This document shows positions 35,759 to 45,548 of a stretch of DNA of 64,000 nt, in pieces; position 1 is the first letter of the stretch, and every line of letters begins with the position of its first letter. The position numbers and the translations under genes are program-made. Origin of the DNA: Escherichia phage dw-ec; sequence record OL739525.1. One strand, written 5' to 3'. Under the pieces are notes generated by a model. That model did no database searches, was not told the origin of the DNA, and saw only the letters and a program-made list of their open reading frames with translations.

Positions 35759-36083
35759 TTAAATCCTCCACTATTTCACAAAAACCTCTTAAGCTTAAAA
35801 TATCTTCTTCCTCAAAATCATTGCTCCGGTAGAAAGCTTCCAGTGCTTCCCATACGCTTCTACCAAGTATAACAGTCACTGTTTCTTCACTTCTTGCCCT
35901 TGTTATTGCGTAAGCCGTGGCTTCTGGATAAAAAGATTCCCAAATCTGCATGTTAGCTATTTCAAGACCGCCAAGATAATGGTGACACCAAGTAGGGGTA
36001 AAATCTTCAGGGCGAATCAACAGAGGCTTAAACCCAGGTCGGTAGATTGGGGTTACTCCAGGTAAAACTATAAGTGTGCTCAT
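35745..36083 (-). CDS. hypothetical protein between nrdA and nrdB
   Basis: ATG at 36083 with RBS gaggagg. Confidence 0.4.
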   Translation of the reverse strand: MSTLIVLPGVTPIYRPGFKPLLIRPEDFTPTWCHHYLGGLEIANMQIWESFYPEATAYAITRARSEETVTVILGRSVWEALEAFYRSNDFEEEDILSLRGFCEIVEDLNGSN

Positions 36084-36092
36084 AATCCTCCT

Positions 36093-36115
36093 CAATAAAA
36101 AGGGGCTGAAGCCCC
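36093..36115 (-). terminator. intrinsic terminator or attenuator (minus strand) after nrdA
   Basis: hairpin ggggcttcagcccc followed on the minus strand by TTTTTATT. Confidence 0.55.
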
Positions 36116-36123
36116 TAGTTTCA

Positions 36124-38364
36124 TCACATCTTGCAAGCTTCACAACCACCATCAGAATCTTCTTGTGCTAAAGAGTCTGCTGATTTTGTTCTACTATTAA
36201 GGTAATACAACGACTTACCACCCAGTCTAGCAAAATTCAGAATAAACTGCATCTCAGCTTTCACTGATAAACGTCCACCTACCAATTTAGAATAATCTAG
36301 CCAAGAATCACAAGAAATTCCTTGGTCCGTAAACTTGGTAAAGATACCATACATTTCTGCAAGGTCTTTAGCCGGAGTGTCCCAGGCGGACTGGTAGAAC
36401 ATTTTCAGTTTTTCGTAGTCTGGAACAATAAATAATACACTACCTTTCTGACTTTGTTTATACATAATAGTATCACGAACAGGATACAGAGAGTTAGTAG
36501 TATTGCTTACCAAACTGCTGGACTCATTAGGTGCGATAGCAGCCAAGACACTGTTACGGATACCACCTTGTTCAATGATTTCAGCACGTAAGCCTTCCCA
36601 GTCCATTTTAAGATCAAAATTACCGATACTATCTACTGTTTTAGCATAAGTGTCAATTGGTAGCCAACCTTGAGGCCATTTGGTCTTATCAATCCATTCC
36701 GCATTACCTTTTTCCTTAGCCAGACGCAGAGAGGCTTTTGCCAACCAGAAGTAATGACGTTCTGCAAGTTCATGCATTAATTTTTTAGCGTAAGCATCTG
36801 AATAATTTACAAAATTACTTGCCAAGTAATGCGCTAAGTTTGTAATGCCTACACCAATAGATCTACGTGCTTTAGCAGTTATTTCGTTATGTTTAAATGG
36901 ATAATCCATTGTTTCAATAACGTTGTCAATTGTCAATACAGTGTAGTATGCAACATCCTCATATTCTTCAGGTAAGACACGACCAGCAACAATAGAAGAT
37001 AAGAAGCATAAAGCCAACTCTTGATCTTCTGTATTCTCACCAGTAAAGAGATCCGGCATACTGTGGAAAGCTTTAGTTGGTAAGAAGATCTCTTGACACA
37101 GGTTTGATTGATACACCGTATCCAGGAAAGGTGTATGGTTGTTAACGTTGTCAGCAAAGAACATGTAAATACGTCCTGTTTCTGCACGTTGAACAATAAT
37201 CTCTGTCAGAAGATCACGAGCCTTAACAAATTTTTTCTTAATGCGACGACGGCTTACTTTGTCATAAACTGCATCAAACTCTTCTTCACTTTTATACAAA
37301 GCTTCATAAAGTTCAGGAGCATCATCACAACTAACTAACATCCAATCTTCGTTTTTTGCTGCTCGACGCAAGAATGAACGGTTAACAACAATAGAATAAT
37401 CCAGTTTGTCTACTCGTTTATCTATAGGTGTTGTTGGATTCTTCAGTCGAATCAGATCGTCGAAGTCTGGTTCAAGTATGGTAAAGGTAACTGTAGCACT
37501 ACCTCCACGGCTTGCTTGCTTCGAAGCTCCAACACTATCTTCCATCCATTTCAGATACGGAAGAAGACCACCATGAATAATACGATTATTCTTAACACCT
37601 TGACCTGTGGCACGAGTTTGAAGATTAACACCAATACCTGCGTTATTCAACGTATACTCATGAGCTAAGTAATTAGCAATGGCTAAAGACTCTGCTGTGT
37701 CATCTGCACGGAATAAACAACAAGACGCACTTCCTTTGATTGGAGTTCGTAGAGTTGTCAGATATGGTGATGGCAGATTAATCTTAAGATCGCTAACATA
37801 AGTATACAGTTTTTTAATATCTTCTATACGGCGTTCTTTTGGTTGGATCTCCATAACCTTCATTGCGATACCAATGAAAAGAAACTGTGGAGACTCATGC
37901 ACCACATCGTTTACTGCATCTCGGATAAGATATTTATCCACCATCTGACGTAAAACAGAATAGCCATAAGTTAGATTTTTATTATGCTTTACAATCTTAC
38001 CAATTTCTTTGATCTCTTCATCAGTATAATCCATTTTAGCCCAATGTCCACGTTCTACCATATCATGATAAAAGGTATTCAGTGAAGGGATACTGTGGTA
38101 TCCCCCATGAGCCTGTTTGTAAATCATACCCAGAAGAAGTCTTCCTGCCATATCACTGTAAGCTTGTGTTTTCTTGTCAATACACGCTGCAATCATTGCT
38201 TTATGCAGATCACGTGTAGACACACCGTCATAACACCGCTTCACAGCTTCTAATTCAATTTCAGACCAGTTTAGTTTACCTGCTGCAAATTCAGACCACT
38301 TGCGAAGTTTTTCTGGATTAAACTCCTCTGTCTTACCGTTAGATTTAGTTACAAAACGAATCAA
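36124..38364 (-). CDS. nrdA: ribonucleotide reductase large subunit (class Ia alpha)
   Basis: N-terminal ATP-cone (VTKSNGKTEEFNPEKL), 746 aa, C-terminal Cys pair CEACKM as in class I NrdA. Confidence 0.9.
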   Translation of the reverse strand: MIRFVTKSNGKTEEFNPEKLRKWSEFAAGKLNWSEIELEAVKRCYDGVSTRDLHKAMIAACIDKKTQAYSDMAGRLLLGMIYKQAHGGYHSIPSLNTFYHDMVERGHWAKMDYTDEEIKEIGKIVKHNKNLTYGYSVLRQMVDKYLIRDAVNDVVHESPQFLFIGIAMKVMEIQPKERRIEDIKKLYTYVSDLKINLPSPYLTTLRTPIKGSASCCLFRADDTAESLAIANYLAHEYTLNNAGIGVNLQTRATGQGVKNNRIIHGGLLPYLKWMEDSVGASKQASRGGSATVTFTILEPDFDDLIRLKNPTTPIDKRVDKLDYSIVVNRSFLRRAAKNEDWMLVSCDDAPELYEALYKSEEEFDAVYDKVSRRRIKKKFVKARDLLTEIIVQRAETGRIYMFFADNVNNHTPFLDTVYQSNLCQEIFLPTKAFHSMPDLFTGENTEDQELALCFLSSIVAGRVLPEEYEDVAYYTVLTIDNVIETMDYPFKHNEITAKARRSIGVGITNLAHYLASNFVNYSDAYAKKLMHELAERHYFWLAKASLRLAKEKGNAEWIDKTKWPQGWLPIDTYAKTVDSIGNFDLKMDWEGLRAEIIEQGGIRNSVLAAIAPNESSSLVSNTTNSLYPVRDTIMYKQSQKGSVLFIVPDYEKLKMFYQSAWDTPAKDLAEMYGIFTKFTDQGISCDSWLDYSKLVGGRLSVKAEMQFILNFARLGGKSLYYLNSRTKSADSLAQEDSDGGCEACKM

Positions 38365-38380
38365 CTTCTCCTCCCTATTA

Positions 38381-38635
38381 TTAATGCATATTCAAAACAT
38401 CTACATCATAACCGAACTTCATTTCATTAAAAAGTCCATTAGCATATAGAAAACCTTCAAAATGAGTTATGTCATCAAACCCTTTTGCTTTTGCTCGACG
38501 GTCTGCTTCTTGTCTTTTAGGAGATAAACGTTTTGAAGTGTCTAGAATTACAGTTACATTACAACCAACAGTTTCATCAAAATAGACTTCGATTTCACAG
38601 CCTTCATATTTATTATCAGTCATTGTCCCTCTCAT
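38381..38635 (-). CDS. hypothetical protein
   Basis: ORF, 84 aa. Confidence 0.4.
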   Translation of the reverse strand: MRGTMTDNKYEGCEIEVYFDETVGCNVTVILDTSKRLSPKRQEADRRAKAKGFDDITHFEGFLYANGLFNEMKFGYDVDVLNMH

Positions 38636-39042
38636 TGATTAGTATCATCTGCTTTCGCAGGATCATAAGAGTTACCGAAATCATCCATCTTAATATGTGA
38701 CGCACCCCAACCTGTAAATTCTTCATCACCAAAATGAAAAATATCATTTTCTTGATAGATTCGTTTAAAACCACAATTAGGTGAAACAGGGAAAGTGAAA
38801 AGCGTTGTATTTGCAAACACTACTCGCTTATCGTTATTGCTTCGGATATTCACATTACGCTCAACAGAATAGTGTGAATCTTCAGCCATACCCAGCATTA
38901 CAAGCGACGCTCTAATAACAGCATTTTGTTTCTCGTGTGGGATATTGCCATTGTGTTTATTTGATTCTAGTTTCCAGATAGGGGTAGACATTACAGTAGA
39001 CATGCTTACGGTAGCCCAAGTTGTAGTATTTACTAATGACAT
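38632..39042 (-). CDS. hypothetical protein
   Basis: ATG at 39042 with RBS ggagaaaat; the track start at 39075 is GTG. Confidence 0.45.
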   Translation of the reverse strand: MSLVNTTTWATVSMSTVMSTPIWKLESNKHNGNIPHEKQNAVIRASLVMLGMAEDSHYSVERNVNIRSNNDKRVVFANTTLFTFPVSPNCGFKRIYQENDIFHFGDEEFTGWGASHIKMDDFGNSYDPAKADDTNQ

Positions 39043-39140
39043 ATTTTCTCCTTCGTTTTGAATGGGAGGACTCACCTCCTCCCAGTATTGTGCTATATTA
39101 TACTAAAACTAATACTAAAGTCAATAACTATTTAAACAGA

Positions 39141-40139
39141 TCACCATTTAGTATGATTTGTTAAAAGTTGACGATGTTGAATCCAGCCTTTGAAATTGCC
39201 AGACCAAAACTTACCATTACGATCTACATGGGTAATACCTGGTTCCCAAGAGTTAAAATCCCAAGGAGCATTGATAAACAAATCTTCAAAACAGTTCTCT
39301 CCATATTGTTCGTATGTTTCTTGCATTGGAGTGGCTTGATGTTCAAACGGAGAAGCATGAACCTTGCGCCCAGTCAGCAAACGACCATAGATATCTAAAG
39401 CTTTATCTTTAGTTGCATTTAAACGACGATAGCTAACCTGTGCACAACACGAAGCTGAAATAGCTTTGGCTTCTTCCAAAGTAAGCACAACAACTTCTCC
39501 AGATTCATCTTGAACATAGTATCCACCAAAAACAAAATGATCGTCACCTTCTGTGCCAATATTATCATAGAAATGGTTTACATAAGGTGTGTGCCATTGC
39601 CCTGGTTTCAGCACTTCTGGTGTAGATTCTTCATACTCTTTGTGCATCTCTTTAGCCAAAGCTTCGATAGTAGGATCGGCTTCTTTGTCATCACGTAGCC
39701 ACCAGAAATTTTCATATTCTGTTGCTGTCAGAACTGTTTTAATTCGTTGGAAAGGTTCCAGAAGACGGTTTGCAACTTGTTTGTGGTACCCTGCCAAAGA
39801 GAATTCTTCTGCAAAACGTGCTGCACTAAGCGCGGCAAGATCCCACCACTCTTGAGCAGTATAACCTGCATCAATAAGAGCATCATGGTCAACACCTTTG
39901 TCCTGCATACCAGGTTGGTTAGCCCCGAAACGATAAGGACGAGCAGGCTGATTTCGAACCATTTCGATCAGTGTTTTAACAGGTATAGCACGGCTAGAAG
40001 CAGCATTACGACTGAACAGGCGGTGAGTCATCAGTTCTGAATGAATAATACGTGGATATTCAAGTTCGAAAGTTACAATCTCTTTTCCGTCTTCAGTGAT
40101 GGAATGTGCAATAATACTAGCCGAAATCTGTTTTGTCAT
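39141..40139 (-). CDS. thyX: flavin-dependent thymidylate synthase-like (ThyX family)
   Basis: HRLFSRNAASSRA fits the ThyX signature RHR-x7-S region; nucleotide metabolism context. Confidence 0.55.
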   Translation of the reverse strand: MTKQISASIIAHSITEDGKEIVTFELEYPRIIHSELMTHRLFSRNAASSRAIPVKTLIEMVRNQPARPYRFGANQPGMQDKGVDHDALIDAGYTAQEWWDLAALSAARFAEEFSLAGYHKQVANRLLEPFQRIKTVLTATEYENFWWLRDDKEADPTIEALAKEMHKEYEESTPEVLKPGQWHTPYVNHFYDNIGTEGDDHFVFGGYYVQDESGEVVVLTLEEAKAISASCCAQVSYRRLNATKDKALDIYGRLLTGRKVHASPFEHQATPMQETYEQYGENCFEDLFINAPWDFNSWEPGITHVDRNGKFWSGNFKGWIQHRQLLTNHTKW

Positions 40140-40148
40140 TTTTTCTCC

Positions 40149-40757
40149 TTAGTTTTTAAAATTGTTCAAAGTGTTAAAAACATCCAAACATGTTAGCCAC
40201 TGATCTTCTAAACCTGTGATCACAACATTTGGTTTTTTCTTTAGTTCTTCTAGATGGTTATCTTTATAAGGCGTATTAAAATATATTTTAACCACTTCAT
40301 CTGGAAAATATAGTAGGTTATCAGCCCTGTCATCTATTGCTATATCACAAGGCAATAAGTATTTTTCTTTCGTAGCAAAAAAGCCGTTGCCAGATCCTTT
40401 GCTAAAATCAATCGTATCTAATGTTCTTAAAACATGCTTATGTTTAGAACTTAAGTGACCACCTTTTGTCACACTTGCGATCAAAAGATTGCTACCTTTC
40501 CTTGAAACATACTTTAAGAAATCTGGCATACCTGGAACAAAACCCATTGTATCATAGAGATGAGGATTATCCAGAAATCCGTAAGGATCTATATTGAACT
40601 CCTCCCTGAAACCAGGAAAGTAGTTGGTAAGATCGTAATCTGCATTTTTTGTGAATGTGTCGATTTTAACACCAAGGCCACTAATCTTATTCAACCATTC
40701 TAACCAAGCAACATCTAACGGAGCCACAACTAAATCCCAATCACATACTATCTGCAT
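40149..40757 (-). CDS. HAD-family 5'(3')-deoxyribonucleotidase-like phosphatase
   Basis: N-terminal CDWDLVVA (DxDx[TV] HAD motif I). Confidence 0.5.
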   Translation of the reverse strand: MQIVCDWDLVVAPLDVAWLEWLNKISGLGVKIDTFTKNADYDLTNYFPGFREEFNIDPYGFLDNPHLYDTMGFVPGMPDFLKYVSRKGSNLLIASVTKGGHLSSKHKHVLRTLDTIDFSKGSGNGFFATKEKYLLPCDIAIDDRADNLLYFPDEVVKIYFNTPYKDNHLEELKKKPNVVITGLEDQWLTCLDVFNTLNNFKN

Positions 40758-40793
40758 AAAACCTCCTCTCTCTTTTAGTATAGTTATCTTATA

Positions 40794-41369
40794 CTAACTT
40801 TCAATTTCCTGCAATAGGATTTTGACTATTTGTTTACGGCGTTTCGCTACTGTGCTTTCAGGTTCTATTTTACGCTTCTTCAGCCATGCTTTATCTTTCT
40901 TAGCTCTGCACAAAGCTATCGCTTCTTTTTCAGCTTTCGCTTCTTCAAAAGATATGCCTTGCTTGTCTGCATAAGCAAGAATAGAGTTGCACAATTTACA
41001 AACCATTCGCAAATCTTCTTCTTTCACATAGATCAAACGGAAAACAAAAAGGGGAATATCCTCAAAACATTGAAGTTGTTTTGCTGCGTGAATATGATCC
41101 ACTTGGAAGTCTTTCATTCCTCCTCTGTGTCCACATATTTCGCACTCACAATTCCAAACTTGTTTTGGTTTTCCAGTTTTCTTGTCTATCATTACATTGC
41201 CGTCTTTATCTACACGATCAACTTTAAAACGCCTTGCATTGATAACCTTAATTTTATTAGGGTGTCTCATCCATGCTTTTCTAAAACATCCCCTAAGATA
41301 AGTATAAAATTCAGCTTGTGTTTTCCAGGGTGTTCCTTCACCCCACATTATTTTTGGTTCACCTGCCAA
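40794..41369 (-). CDS. HNH endonuclease
   Basis: CECEICGH ... QVDHIHA ... CKLCNSIL (HNH core with zinc-binding cysteines). Confidence 0.6.
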   Translation of the reverse strand: MAGEPKIMWGEGTPWKTQAEFYTYLRGCFRKAWMRHPNKIKVINARRFKVDRVDKDGNVMIDKKTGKPKQVWNCECEICGHRGGMKDFQVDHIHAAKQLQCFEDIPLFVFRLIYVKEEDLRMVCKLCNSILAYADKQGISFEEAKAEKEAIALCRAKKDKAWLKKRKIEPESTVAKRRKQIVKILLQEIES

Positions 41370-41415
41370 TATTGCTCACCTTTTTAGCTGTATATTCCCC
41401 TGGTGGGATATTGTG

Positions 41416-41448
41416 TTTAAAAAACAAAAGGCGGTCTAACCCCGCCTT
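41416..41448 (-). terminator. intrinsic terminator (minus strand)
   Basis: hairpin aaggcgg-(7 nt)-ccgcctt followed on the minus strand by TTGTTTTTT. Confidence 0.55.
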
Positions 41449-41536
41449 GCACATTGTTTCTGGAATAGTCAAAGTTAGTAAAAGTTTATCACCTTTTCGG
41501 TTGAATATTTTATAAACTTCTCCTGCTCCATATTGT

Positions 41537-41938
41537 TTAGTATTGCTCGCCACTAATACGTTCCTTAAGTTGTTTAATAGCTTCGATTGCATCTACATAA
41601 GAAGAGTTATACATGTGTTTCAGTGCTACTCGTACTAAAGGATCTTTTGTGAAGAAATCAATAAGAAGCATAGCTTGATCATGTTTAGCTGCATTTGTCA
41701 TAGATGGATAATTTTCACGAACCATATACGTGTTATTTTGCATAAGGGTTCTTTCTAGTTCAATACAATGAATAGCTTTATCTAGGTTAATCTGACGTTC
41801 ACCTTTAATACGTGTTGCGTATTTTGCCAATTTGCAAAAACAAGGTGTGCCACCAACCAAATAAGCTAGTTCAATAGGTTGCATTGCCATTTTTGTGTAG
41901 TGATCACCGTCAACCTGATTATCAAAAGCATTAGACAT
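41537..41938 (-). CDS. hypothetical protein
   Basis: ORF, 133 aa. Confidence 0.45.
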   Translation of the reverse strand: MSNAFDNQVDGDHYTKMAMQPIELAYLVGGTPCFCKLAKYATRIKGERQINLDKAIHCIELERTLMQNNTYMVRENYPSMTNAAKHDQAMLLIDFFTKDPLVRVALKHMYNSSYVDAIEAIKQLKERISGEQY

Positions 41939-42203
41939 AATTTTCCTCCTGAATTCCTACTGCGCCTTCTTCTGGGTAATCTGTATAATAAGCTACCCTA
42001 CCTTGATAGATAACATCACCATCATCATTGTAGATTGCTGTATCTTCTTGAATTGTTATTTCAACGTCAAGTAAATCTGGGTCTTTCTCGATGGTATAGT
42101 TTAAACCTAACATTTCAAACAGTTCGAAAATTTCGTTACCTGTTAATGTAATGCTCATATTTCCTCCTTTTATTGTGGTTAGCAGAGTATACACTAATAT
42201 CAA
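41931..42203 (-). CDS. hypothetical protein
   Basis: ORF, 90 aa. Confidence 0.4.
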   Translation of the reverse strand: MILVYTLLTTIKGGNMSITLTGNEIFELFEMLGLNYTIEKDPDLLDVEITIQEDTAIYNDDGDVIYQGRVAYYTDYPEEGAVGIQEENYV

Positions 42204-42244
42204 ATTTTTGTCAATAAAAAAGGGAGCAATAAGCTCCCTGATTA

Positions 42245-43204
42245 TTAGATTCCAATAATAGTTGCTGCTCGTTTATCTTTGGATCTGGTGTTTGCTCTAC
42301 TACGTGACAAACCTCCACAAGATTCACAACGAATGATATCGAAAGAACTTACCGCAGTGTGGTATTGCTTACCAGTAACAACGTGAACATGATCACTGCC
42401 GCAACGAGAACAACGGACTTTCTCATCTGGGTAATAAGCGGATAAGTTAGGATGCTGTGGAATCCACGGAAGGATTTTCATATACAAATCACGAAGTGAA
42501 ACAACATCACCATCATTGTAAATCTGCATACGTTCAAAAGCATCACGATCACCTTCACAACATGCTTTCCATAAAGGGAACCCCTCGTTATCCAGTTTTT
42601 CACTTTCTGTTTCAAAATACGCTCCCATCTCTTTAAGAGAATTGGAAGGAAGTGCAAACTGTTTCTTAGCTGCCTTCAAGGTATCAACAACTACATAGTT
42701 AGAAGGTGGAGCCATATCATGATATGCGAAGCGTTGGTTAATGTATGCACGGTCAAACTTGTACCCATTGTGAGCCACAACAACATCAGCTTCATTCAGA
42801 AGATTCCAAAGATCTTGGCAAAGTTCCCAATCATCTGTATGATCGATATCGAAAAGAGGATAAGAAGATAAGTTCTTACCTTCTACTTCACCTGTATACA
42901 AATCAGCAGAAGAGTAAGATAACAAATAACCCCTACGAATTACCTGGTCTGGAGAAATGAAGGCTTTGAATCGACGGAAAGTATATGCAATCTCTGGTGC
43001 AGTTTCAACATCAATAATTTTAATAACTGGTTGTTTCTTTTTAACTGGCTCTTGTTTACTTGCACCGAAACGTGCAAGAAAATCATTTACTGTGCTTTTT
43101 CTTGTTGGACTACCTAAAACAATTGCTGCAATATTGCGAGAAGACATACCCTCTGCACTCATACTAAGGATATCTGCTTTCTGCTCTTCTGTTAATCTGC
43201 TCAC
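42245..43204 (-). CDS. DEDDy-type 3'-5' exonuclease with N-terminal HTH and C-terminal zinc ribbon
   Basis: Exo motifs IIDVETAPE, AHNGYKFDRAYI, YNDGDVVSLRDLY; C-terminal CSRCG...CESCGG. Confidence 0.6.
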   Translation of the reverse strand: MSRLTEEQKADILSMSAEGMSSRNIAAIVLGSPTRKSTVNDFLARFGASKQEPVKKKQPVIKIIDVETAPEIAYTFRRFKAFISPDQVIRRGYLLSYSSADLYTGEVEGKNLSSYPLFDIDHTDDWELCQDLWNLLNEADVVVAHNGYKFDRAYINQRFAYHDMAPPSNYVVVDTLKAAKKQFALPSNSLKEMGAYFETESEKLDNEGFPLWKACCEGDRDAFERMQIYNDGDVVSLRDLYMKILPWIPQHPNLSAYYPDEKVRCSRCGSDHVHVVTGKQYHTAVSSFDIIRCESCGGLSRSRANTRSKDKRAATIIGI

Positions 43205-44319
43205 TCTGCCTCCTGTTGTGAGATGTATGACTGAAGCATACTCTCAAATGTTGTATCGTCATTATCCCAGCGTTTCATGTATACCAACTGGAAAATTGTT
43301 TCTATCCATTCATCTGTTGTCATATGGACTTCTTCTCCATCCCAAGAAGTAAAATTAACGCCATCTGGGAACCACGAGTAGTAAGTATCTTTAACTGTTT
43401 GGAAAAGTTCTGCTTGAGTTTTACAAGCTGAAAGAAGATTAAAACAAGTAATATCTCCGAACTTAATATCAAAATCTTGATAAGGTCGGATACTATCTGT
43501 TTTATCTCCCATTAGCATCTGATAGGCTAACCAATAACTTCCCCAACCTTTAACTTCTTTCTTTTTACCTTTATCTACGATCCATATGTCGCCAATAGAC
43601 TCGTCAATAAGAATTATATCTGGATTTTTAAATACTCCATCCTCTTTGTAGAAATTAAAAAGGATACTAGGAGTATGTAAACTATCTTTATCTATAGACA
43701 CTACGATATAAGAAAATTTACCCGTCCTTTTATAATCTTTATAACCTTGGAAACCATACTTCTCTAACTCATCGTCAGCCTCTATTACAGTAACAACATC
43801 ACCATTGTGGAACTCCACAAGATAATCTTTGGTTTCTGAAAGCTGAAGTGGTTTGATATCTAATCGTTCAGATTTATATTCTACAGGCATTTTGAAGGCG
43901 TGTCTGAAAGTTTTTCCTACGCCAATAACCCCGCAATATTTTTCTAAACGTAGATGTTTTAGAATACCTAAGACTTTTGTTTTAGCTGCTTGGAAGGTGT
44001 GTCCGATATCTTCTGGCGGGTATTGCTTATCAATAATTTCGAACTCTTCCTTTGTGAAGGGACGTTTGTTTTTGGAGGCTCTTTCTGCATTTGTATCTCC
44101 TAGCCAACCTCCAATTTTAGTCTTACTTTTACCCCAAAACTCTGTCTTATTTTTAAATTCCTTTTGAGCACCTGAAGGGATGTGCTTCGCAATGATTGTT
44201 CTTTTCTCTAATGCAGACGCTGCTTGGAAAGCGATCTGATCATAATCAATTGCAGCTATTGTTTCTTCGTTGACATATAAATGAAGATCTTCAGGTTTAA
44301 TTAAAATATAACCGCTAAT
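43201..44319 (-). CDS. RNase H-like 5'-3' exonuclease (T4 RNase H / flap endonuclease family), start codon uncertain
   Basis: reading frame open from 44331 to 43201 with no ATG/GTG/TTG before 43890; upstream part AAIDYDQIAFQAASAL resembles the T4 RNase H N-terminus and MLMGDKTDSI resembles the H3TH motif; putative AUU start after GGGGGA. Confidence 0.5.
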   Translation of the reverse strand: MSGYILIKPEDLHLYVNEETIAAIDYDQIAFQAASALEKRTIIAKHIPSGAQKEFKNKTEFWGKSKTKIGGWLGDTNAERASKNKRPFTKEEFEIIDKQYPPEDIGHTFQAAKTKVLGILKHLRLEKYCGVIGVGKTFRHAFKMPVEYKSERLDIKPLQLSETKDYLVEFHNGDVVTVIEADDELEKYGFQGYKDYKRTGKFSYIVVSIDKDSLHTPSILFNFYKEDGVFKNPDIILIDESIGDIWIVDKGKKKEVKGWGSYWLAYQMLMGDKTDSIRPYQDFDIKFGDITCFNLLSACKTQAELFQTVKDTYYSWFPDGVNFTSWDGEEVHMTTDEWIETIFQLVYMKRWDNDDTTFESMLQSYISQQEAE

Positions 44320-44331
44320 ATTTCCCCCTAA

Positions 44332-44541
44332 TTATTCATCGTCATCCTCTGTTGAGAATGTTTTAGTATACGGACATTGACGACTTTTCGGGATTGCTAT
44401 AACTTCATCTTGGTTAGCGTTAGAATAGTAGCAATATTTTGTGTTGCCATTAACTTCAGAATCAGACAAGATTAAAGTAATTTGACCTGCTGCTACTGTG
44501 AAACTAAAAGCTAAAAGAACGACTGTCAGAATCTTTTTCAT
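44332..44541 (-). CDS. hypothetical secreted small protein
   Basis: RBS aggagg; signal-peptide-like N-terminus KKILTVVLLAFSFTVAAG. Confidence 0.5.
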   Translation of the reverse strand: MKKILTVVLLAFSFTVAAGQITLILSDSEVNGNTKYCYYSNANQDEVIAIPKSRQCPYTKTFSTEDDDE

Positions 44542-44550
44542 AACGCCTCC

Positions 44551-44580
44551 TAAAAAGCCTACCTCATTAAGTAGGTAGGC
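44551..44580 (-). terminator. intrinsic terminator (minus strand)
   Basis: hairpin gcctacct/aggtaggc followed on the minus strand by TTTTTA. Confidence 0.5.
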
Positions 44581-44613
44581 ATAATATCATAACTAATCCC
44601 GCAAGTCAAGAAC

Positions 44614-45492
44614 TTATTTAAGGATTGTTGCTTTGGTTAAATCTTCCATCAGACCTCGAATCTCATTGAAGCACAGAAGGACTGAAGCTTCAATACTACC
44701 TTCTTCGTCTGCAAAATATTTCGGAAAACGTAGTTTAGAAAGTTTAAACTCTTTATCCACTACAAAATCTACAACACCGTCATATTCAAGACCGATTGCA
44801 ACCACATCTTTACCATCTTCTTTTAGTTCGACAGCTTTAGACTCATATAAGGATTCTTTACTCCAAACAACAACGCCCTCGCTATCCTCCATTTTGATAT
44901 AATTTCCGAGAGTAATACGATCTGCTTCGTGATTCTCCAGCAATTCACCAAAACCTTTTACAATAGCTTCTTCGTGCACACTAAAACCTACTGAAGGGAA
45001 AGTCCCCAGAACGGAACGGAGGAAAGAAGTAATCTCTTCTGCAACCTTTTTACTTCCATTAAGAACATAAAGAAGATTCGTAGTTTTATCCAAGACAACA
45101 TAGTTAAAGAAATCTTCAGGTTCTGTTTCAGGCAATAGTGCAAATTCAATATCTTCCTTCATTGCTTTGACTACTTCTTTATCGACATAAAACTCTTTAC
45201 CCTCGCTCTCCATGTCCTGACGCATTTCTTCTAGACGTTCATTCAGAATACGTTTAACTTTCTTTTTATCTACCTTCTTCACAGATTGACCTACATTAAG
45301 TAGTTCAAGATCTGAAAACTCTTTTACAAATTTAGAGTCATCTTCGAAACGAACAAGACCGATGGTGTGGGACTGGGAGCCTTCTGCTGTTACAAATTCC
45401 AGAGGAATATCTGTAATGCTGTTAAGGGATGCTACAGAAGCATTGTCACCAACAACCATAGGCAGAGCGGATTTAAAAGATTTTACAAACAT
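44614..45492 (-). CDS. hypothetical protein
   Basis: ORF, 292 aa. Confidence 0.5.
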   Translation of the reverse strand: MFVKSFKSALPMVVGDNASVASLNSITDIPLEFVTAEGSQSHTIGLVRFEDDSKFVKEFSDLELLNVGQSVKKVDKKKVKRILNERLEEMRQDMESEGKEFYVDKEVVKAMKEDIEFALLPETEPEDFFNYVVLDKTTNLLYVLNGSKKVAEEITSFLRSVLGTFPSVGFSVHEEAIVKGFGELLENHEADRITLGNYIKMEDSEGVVVWSKESLYESKAVELKEDGKDVVAIGLEYDGVVDFVVDKEFKLSKLRFPKYFADEEGSIEASVLLCFNEIRGLMEDLTKATILK

Positions 45493-45548
45493 GTTTCCTC
45501 CTATTTAATACATCTCACATTACCGCCCGTAAAGGGCGGCTTACAACA

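Noticed and set aside
40830-41387. 185-aa plus-strand ORF
   Set aside because: Lies antisense to the HNH endonuclease gene, has low-complexity Phe/Ser/Cys-rich composition and no RBS; treated as a spurious antisense frame.
41359-41592. 77-aa minus-strand ORF
   Set aside because: It spans the intrinsic terminator hairpin at 41416-41448 and overlaps the neighbouring gene end; more likely intergenic.
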